Assembly: GCA_948512295.1 (NCBI GenBank) | Contig: CAOQRA010000003.1 | Span: 1-60,297, forward strand | Reading direction: 5' to 3' | From: an uncultured Eubacteriales bacterium | GTDB lineage: Bacteria > Bacillota > Clostridia > Christensenellales > UBA1242 | Length of the DNA: 60,297 nucleotides | Part shown: one piece after another, positions 54,997 to 60,297 of the stretch | How the letters are laid out: every line of letters starts with the position of its first letter | How positions within the stretch are numbered: the stretch's first letter is position 1 | The notes under the pieces: model-generated | Told to the model about the DNA's origin: nothing | Seen by the model: only the letters and a program-made list of their open reading frames with translations | Database searches by the model: none | Position numbers and translations under genes: made by a program

Positions 54997-55266
54997 CTAT
55001 TCTGCTTCACCTTCGTTTTTCATTTGTTCAAAAAACTCTCTAGCTTCCGTGGCAGACTTTATTATAACATCCGCATTTAAATCCATTAAATCAATCTGTG
55101 CAAAAAGCTGCTCCGTTTTTTTTGCATCCACAGGCTTTTCACAAGCCATATTGAAAATTTTTCGTCTTAAATCTTCAAGCTGTTTTTTAAGCAAAGTGCC
55201 CGCACATTCACAAGTCAAGAGAGATTCATCGAATGTTCTCATCTTTTTGTTATTGAGTTTTGCCAT
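54997..55266 (-). CDS. hypothetical small acidic helical protein (89 aa), paralogue of 54622..54882
   Basis: See the paralogue entry at 54622..54882. Has its own ~60-110 nt upstream spacer. Confidence 0.55.
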   Translation of the reverse strand: MAKLNNKKMRTFDESLLTCECAGTLLKKQLEDLRRKIFNMACEKPVDAKKTEQLFAQIDLMDLNADVIIKSATEAREFFEQMKNEGEAE

Positions 55267-55325
55267 AATCCACCCCCTCTAATATGTAAATAGTATAACA
55301 CATTTTCGCAATAAATCAATCCCTT

Positions 55326-56573
55326 TCACAAAACTTTTTTGGCTTTGGCAAGCACCCCGTCCTTAAATGGCTTTTTGAGCTTAACTTCCACAATTTCGTT
55401 GACAATAAAATCTTTAGATGGAATGTAACACTTTATGTAATTTTCACTGTAGCCAACATATAGTCCGTCTTCTTCCTCTTCGACAAGTACTTTTGCGTAT
55501 TTATTCATCTTAATAAACTCAGCTTCAAGTTCGCCTTTGAGCGCGTTAAGGAATTCAAAGCGTGCTTGTTTCACTTCTGGCGGCAAATCTTTTACGCGCG
55601 ACGCAACAGTCCCTTCGCGGCGAGAGTACTGAAAGATATGCAGGCTTGAAAATTTAACTTTTTTAATAAACTCCACAGTCTCTTGAAATTCTAAATCAGT
55701 TTCGCCAGGAAAGCCGACTATGACGTCGGTAGTTATACCTGCAAGCGGAAAGGCCGCACGTATACGCTCCACTGAGTTCAAAAACTCGTCAGGAGTATAT
55801 TTCCTATTCATGCGCTTTAACACACTTTCGCTGCCACTTTGAAGTGACAAGTGGAAATGCGGACAAAAATTATTCAATCCTTTAAGTCCATTGACAAACT
55901 CTTCATCTACAAGACTTTCCTCCATACTCGAAAGTCGAAGCCTCACTCCAAACTTATCAAGCTCAGTAAGAAGCGTCAAAAGTGCTGGCTGCCCCTCTTG
56001 CTTATAGTCGGTGACATTTATTCCTGTTAGTACGATTTCGCGTATGTCACGAGGCAGTGCCCCTACTTCTTGAATTATACTAAACATACTCCTAGATCTG
56101 CTGCGCCCGCGAAGATAAGGTATAAGGCAGTAGGAACAAAAGTTATTACATCCATCTTGAATTTTGACAAACGCACGAGTGCGCGACTGTTGTGCATGCA
56201 TATCATCTTCGTAAACAAGTGGCGGCTCGCATACATAATTTCCACTTAGCCCCAGCATGCTGACAAGTTTCATCTTGCCGCTTGTACCTATGACCACCTG
56301 TGCACCTTTGTCCAAAAATTGCTGTGCGTTATTTTGACTTGCACAACCACAGATGAAAATCTTGGCTTTGTCATTGTACTTTTTGCAGCGTGCAATCATT
56401 TGCCGCGACTTCTTTTCAGCCTCTGATGTCACAGCACAAGTATTAATAATATAAATGTCGGCAGCCTCAAACTCTTCACTGACTTCATGACCAAGAAGTT
56501 TTAAATTATACATAAGCGCGTCGCTTTCATATTTATTAACTTTGCAACCAAGCGTCATAATTACTATTTTCAT
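55326..56573 (-). CDS. mtaB: radical-SAM methylthiotransferase MtaB (tRNA ms2t6A)
   Basis: N-terminal TLGCKVN...C..C UPF0004 cysteines and radical-SAM CNNFCSYC. Follows rsmE as yqeV does in Bacillus. Confidence 0.85.
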   Translation of the reverse strand: MKIVIMTLGCKVNKYESDALMYNLKLLGHEVSEEFEAADIYIINTCAVTSEAEKKSRQMIARCKKYNDKAKIFICGCASQNNAQQFLDKGAQVVIGTSGKMKLVSMLGLSGNYVCEPPLVYEDDMHAQQSRTRAFVKIQDGCNNFCSYCLIPYLRGRSRSRSMFSIIQEVGALPRDIREIVLTGINVTDYKQEGQPALLTLLTELDKFGVRLRLSSMEESLVDEEFVNGLKGLNNFCPHFHLSLQSGSESVLKRMNRKYTPDEFLNSVERIRAAFPLAGITTDVIVGFPGETDLEFQETVEFIKKVKFSSLHIFQYSRREGTVASRVKDLPPEVKQARFEFLNALKGELEAEFIKMNKYAKVLVEEEEDGLYVGYSENYIKCYIPSKDFIVNEIVEVKLKKPFKDGVLAKAKKVL

Positions 56574-56583
56574 ATTTCTTCCT

Positions 56584-57297
56584 TTAGTTTTTTGAAATCA
56601 AATTTACAAGCGTAAGCGTGGCAACTGCGGCAGTGTCACAGCGCAAAATTCGAGCGCCAAGACTTATTCCCACCGCACCTGCCGTAGTGATTTTTTGCGC
56701 TTCTATCTCGCTAAATCCACCCTCGCAGCCGACAATTACAGCTATTTTACGCTTTTTTTCAAATTTTTTAATAAGTTCGTCTAAATTATTATCCTTGTTA
56801 TTAATATGCTCATTTGCAAATATAACCATATCAAAACTTTTCAGCATTTCCAGCATTTCGTCAAACTTACAAATATTTTTCACTGGCACAAGATGGCTGC
56901 GCTCACACTGCTTGCAAGCGGAAAGTACAATTTGTTCCACTCTCTCACTTTTAAAGGCATGATTGACGGAAAATGCGCTTTCAAAAGGTTGAATTTCGCT
57001 CACGCCCAGTTCCACCGACTTTGTCACAATAGTTTCAAAATAGTCTCGCTTTGGCATAGAAATAAAAAGTGTAATTTCTTTTTTAGGCAGTGCTGCACAC
57101 TTTTGTATTTTATCAATTTTTGCTATACATCGCCTTTTGCCAACTTCCACTAGCGTGCAAAAATAGTCATTGTCATCATTGAGGCTAGCGATAACCTGCT
57201 CACCCTCATGCATACGCAAAACCTGAGCGATGTGCCCAGCTTCACTTTCCTCAAAAAAAATATTATCGCCCTCGCGCCTACCAAAAAATCTTTTCAT
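56584..57297 (-). CDS. rsmE: 16S rRNA (uracil1498-N3)-methyltransferase RsmE
   Basis: 237 aa. MKRFF start, C-terminal GCEGGFS..E and LG.RILR..TA SPOUT-knot motifs. Confidence 0.85.
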   Translation of the reverse strand: MKRFFGRREGDNIFFEESEAGHIAQVLRMHEGEQVIASLNDDNDYFCTLVEVGKRRCIAKIDKIQKCAALPKKEITLFISMPKRDYFETIVTKSVELGVSEIQPFESAFSVNHAFKSERVEQIVLSACKQCERSHLVPVKNICKFDEMLEMLKSFDMVIFANEHINNKDNNLDELIKKFEKKRKIAVIVGCEGGFSEIEAQKITTAGAVGISLGARILRCDTAAVATLTLVNLISKN

Positions 57298-57346
57298 AAT
57301 TTGATTATATCTAAAACGCCGCCCGAAAGCAAGTCAATAAGAGAAA

Positions 57347-57928
57347 TTAGTTTATAAAGTTTTTAATAAAACTCTCTCTATGAATTTCGCACTTGCCATA
57401 TTTTTTAAGTGCTTCAATATGCGCTTTTGTGCCATAGCCCTTGTGTTTGGCAAAATTATACTCTGGATACTTTTTGTCAAGCTCCACCATGTGCCTATCA
57501 CGATGAACTTTTGCAAGGATTGACGCGGCTGCAATATTGTAGGAGAGCGCGTCGCCATGTATGATACTATCTTGTGGCAAATCGGTGTCAATTTTGACGG
57601 CGTCAATAAGCACAATATCAGGCTTTATTTTCAAACCTTCAAGCGCTTTTTTCATTCCAAGCCTAGTCGCCTGCAAAATGTTTATTTCATCAATTGTTTT
57701 TTCATCAACCTCGATAATAGAATAGTCAATGGCAAATTCAATAATTTTTTCATACAACTCTTCTCGCTTTTTCGGCGACAACTTTTTGCTGTCGTTAATG
57801 CCCTCAATCCGCTGCCCAAGTGGCATAACTACGCACGCACAAACTACTGGCCCCGCGAGAGGTCCTCTCCCTGCCTCATCAATGCCAGCAATGATTTTAC
57901 CTTCATATTTTTTCTCATAGTTTAACAT
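57347..57928 (-). CDS. rnhB: ribonuclease HII
   Basis: GIDEAGRGPLAGPVV, DSKKLS and the DAxxI..ASI.AK pattern. Confidence 0.92.
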   Translation of the reverse strand: MLNYEKKYEGKIIAGIDEAGRGPLAGPVVCACVVMPLGQRIEGINDSKKLSPKKREELYEKIIEFAIDYSIIEVDEKTIDEINILQATRLGMKKALEGLKIKPDIVLIDAVKIDTDLPQDSIIHGDALSYNIAAASILAKVHRDRHMVELDKKYPEYNFAKHKGYGTKAHIEALKKYGKCEIHRESFIKNFIN

Positions 57929-58020
57929 ATGAACATTTTAGCATATTTCAATAAATTATCAAAAAATATTGCCTAAATTTTGATAATATGCTAAAATTTA
58001 AATACAAAAGGAGCTAAAAC

Positions 58021-58713
58021 ATGCAAAAAGAATGTAGACGGGCAATTTTTACTTATGAGCAGTCTGACGATAGCCTAATTGACGAACTTGCAGCCTATCT
58101 CGATGACGACAAAAATATACTTCCAATCTATGACTTTTTTGAGGTGGAGCAGCCGACCGAAAAAATCGAAATTGAAATCGTGCCAACAAAAAAAGAGTAC
58201 GATGAAAAGTATAACATCTTAGACAATCGCCCTGCTAAACAAAAAGTGGAAAAATGGAATATTGGCTGTTTTAATCGACGTGAAAACAAAATTCTTTACC
58301 TATCCCTCAACGATTACAAAAACACCGCACATGCCTTTGCCCCTGAAAAATATGCTGAAATGCTGTCACATTACAAAAAAACAATTGTCCACGAATATAC
58401 TCACTTTGTCACGCAACTATTTGCAAACAAACATAATAGTGGCTGGCGACCAAAATGGCTGTCCGAAGGAATTGCAATTTATCTAAGCCACCAAAAAGAC
58501 CATTTAAAACTGGATTTCAATTACACTCTTGACGAAATATCAAATGGTACTGTGCATTATAATGCCTACTATTTGCTAACTAAATATCAGATTGAAAACT
58601 ATGACAAAGAGTTTGTATTCAAACTGCTTGAAAGTAACCGAGAGGCAAACGAATTTTTACAAAACGAACTTTACGACAAAGTGAAAGCCTATTACAACAA
58701 CGAAAACACTTAA
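58021..58713 (+). CDS. peptidase MA-like (gluzincin-type HExxH...E) protein
   Basis: HEYTH followed 20 residues later by WLSEGIAIY, as in the recalled Peptidase_MA_2 pattern. RBS AAAGGAG. Confidence 0.6.
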   Translation: MQKECRRAIFTYEQSDDSLIDELAAYLDDDKNILPIYDFFEVEQPTEKIEIEIVPTKKEYDEKYNILDNRPAKQKVEKWNIGCFNRRENKILYLSLNDYKNTAHAFAPEKYAEMLSHYKKTIVHEYTHFVTQLFANKHNSGWRPKWLSEGIAIYLSHQKDHLKLDFNYTLDEISNGTVHYNAYYLLTKYQIENYDKEFVFKLLESNREANEFLQNELYDKVKAYYNNENT

Positions 58714-58729
58714 AAAACACAATTAAGCA

Positions 58730-58757
58730 TTGACATTTTGAAAAAAAAGTTTATAAT
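58730..58757 (+). promoter_or_regulatory. consensus sigma-A promoter (TTGACA-N16-TATAAT)
   Basis: TTGACA ttttgaaaaaaaagtt TATAAT, 22 nt upstream of the ATG at 58780. RBS AAGGAGGAG. Confidence 0.7.
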
Positions 58758-58779
58758 TAACGCATAAGGAGGAGAAAAG

Positions 58780-59130
58780 ATGAAAATCGCTGGGAAGAAA
58801 AGAGAAATGGAGCTTAAAAGATTACAAGCTGTGCAGGAAGAAATAGAACGTGAACGATACTCAATAAAAAGAGTTTTTGAGGCAGAGGATGAAGTTCGAA
58901 AAACATTAATGCTGTTAAATTCGCAATTAGTTAAGCTTAATGAGCTCAATGCAATTCATAATAGAGGTGCAGTTGACATTGAAGATTTATGTTATCACCA
59001 TCTTTATTCTCAAGAAAAGTTTGATGAAGATTACAAGGTCGGCAGAGCAAAGGAAAGAGAGCGCTTTTTGAAGCAACACCCTGAGTTTGCAAAGCAAGAC
59101 GAACAACCAAATGATGAACAAGAAGACTAG
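58780..59130 (+). CDS. hypothetical coiled-coil protein (116 aa)
   Basis: Charged and heptad-like. Has its own consensus promoter. No motif recognised. Confidence 0.55.
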   Translation: MKIAGKKREMELKRLQAVQEEIERERYSIKRVFEAEDEVRKTLMLLNSQLVKLNELNAIHNRGAVDIEDLCYHHLYSQEKFDEDYKVGRAKERERFLKQHPEFAKQDEQPNDEQED

Positions 59131-59180
59131 GTTTAAAAAACTAATAAATTAAAAAATAACGGCTTTTTCCGTTATTTTTT

Positions 59181-60297
59181 TTATCCACAGTACATAAACC
59201 CCGCAAATGTCACATCATCCCAAAGTTCTTTCAAAAGTTTGCCATTTATATTTGCTTTATTTTCAAAATCTTCTCTATTTTTGTATTCTTGTTGAAATTC
59301 TTTACAACAGAAAATAATTTGCTGCTCTTTTCCAAAAAAAACTTCATAAGTCACATCATTGTATTTAAATAACATCTCACTATAAAAATAAAGTCCATTA
59401 ACAAATTCTTGAAAAGTCGCTTTAAACGGTAGACCCTTTTTATATTGCAGCCTTGCAGTTGTTGGAGTAACGAGCATTGGATAACTTATGCCCAAATTTT
59501 TTTCATACAAAGCCTCATCTTTACTAAATTTCCAGCCACAATTTTTACACTCTCCATTGCCATACTGGTCTTGCAGCGCAGGCAAACCACATATTGAACA
59601 TTTGACAATTTTGTCTTTAACATAGGGGTCATCATAATCAAAAAACTTGAAGTCTTTAGGATTTAATCCAGATACGTTGCGATTATGTTTTTCCCACTTA
59701 AATTGCAACTTGTCTTTCCAGCTTAAATCTTTGGTCCATTCATATGTTGTAGGTAAAAATTCTTTGATATTACCTTTCATAGCAGGAAATGGCTCATCAT
59801 AACACAAAACCATACTCGGTTTAATTCGTTTAAGCATTTCATTATAGCCAAGCATAAATTCCTCTTCACAATTTTCACGATAATATGTGCAGACTGCTAC
59901 GATAGAACCTTCTTCTACCCCATCAAAACAAAAATCAAAACTTCTTTCATCCCCCCAAGAAACCGTAGGTATAACTTTTAAGCCTTTGCTTTGCCAAAAA
60001 GCACCACACCAACGATTTTTGAATACACTTTCTATTTGTAGTGCTAAAGGCATATTTGTAAAAAGCGAAAAATCTGGAGATAAAACGGCAAAATATTGAC
60101 TTAATTTTTGCAATTCTTCCTCTGCATTTTCATAGACTTTTTCAAATTTCCAATCATAAGTAAAAAAATGAATTGTCTTATCTAAATTTTCTTGAGCATC
60201 TTTCTTCGCATCCAAATAACTTAAAAATTTAATTTGAGCAATATCAATATCTTGCTTTTTTATAGTAGGAAACTCATATTTTCCGCTTGCCTGCCCC
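59181..60297 (-). CDS. DUF4417-like protein fused to a CPCC-type Cys-rich module (5' end probably outside window)
   Basis: The reading frame stays open from the ORF-track TTG at 60215 to the window edge (...GQASGKYEFPTIKKQDIDIAQIKFLSYLDAKKD...). FTYDWKFEKV...LSPDFSLF...RWCGAFWQSKGLKVIPTVSW matches the recalled DUF4417 pattern. CSICGL...CKNCGW resembles the CPCC motif. Confidence 0.55.
   Translation of the reverse strand, partial: GQASGKYEFPTIKKQDIDIAQIKFLSYLDAKKDAQENLDKTIHFFTYDWKFEKVYENAEEELQKLSQYFAVLSPDFSLFTNMPLALQIESVFKNRWCGAFWQSKGLKVIPTVSWGDERSFDFCFDGVEEGSIVAVCTYYRENCEEEFMLGYNEMLKRIKPSMVLCYDEPFPAMKGNIKEFLPTTYEWTKDLSWKDKLQFKWEKHNRNVSGLNPKDFKFFDYDDPYVKDKIVKCSICGLPALQDQYGNGECKNCGWKFSKDEALYEKNLGISYPMLVTPTTARLQYKKGLPFKATFQEFVNGLYFYSEMLFKYNDVTYEVFFGKEQQIIFCCKEFQQEYKNREDFENKANINGKLLKELWDDVTFAGFMYCG

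Overview
Visibly AT-rich, Firmicutes-type chromosomal segment, almost entirely transcribed on the minus strand. No tRNA, rRNA, CRISPR array, integrase or transposase could be recognised. Core content: str operon (rpsL-rpsG-fusA-tuf), pcrA-ligA, holA-comEC, ileS behind an Ile T-box leader, a long Bacillus-type SRP RNA, nifS-iscU, an overlapping gene string (alkD-like, comM, dprA, topA, trmFO-like, hslV, hslU, thiF-family, trxA), rplS, rpsU and mtaB-rsmE-rnhB. Accessory or unusual content: (1) the strongest candidate for something new, a compact 7.2 kb phage-derived head-and-neck operon (TerS-like fragment, Zn-ribbon, portal, scaffold, HK97-type capsid, three neck/hub-like ORFs, two holins). It lacks a large terminase, tail fibres, endolysin, integrase and replication genes, sits behind a near-consensus sigma-A promoter and is bounded by strong terminators. 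(2) A 120-aa Cys/His/Pro-rich protein directly upstream of that operon. (3) A consensus promoter, a ~320-nt structured RNA and an intrinsic terminator directly ahead of rpsL, plus abnormally long GC-rich, hairpin-packed spacers inside the str operon. (4) A dispersed family of GC-rich repeat elements with GTCATTYYGA...GAARAATCT termini. (5) A cluster of tiny XRE-type regulators at the left edge. (6) An unknown two-gene cassette appended to pcrA-ligA. (7) Several orphan hypothetical genes. All functional calls rest on motifs, synteny and recalled family signatures; no database search was possible.
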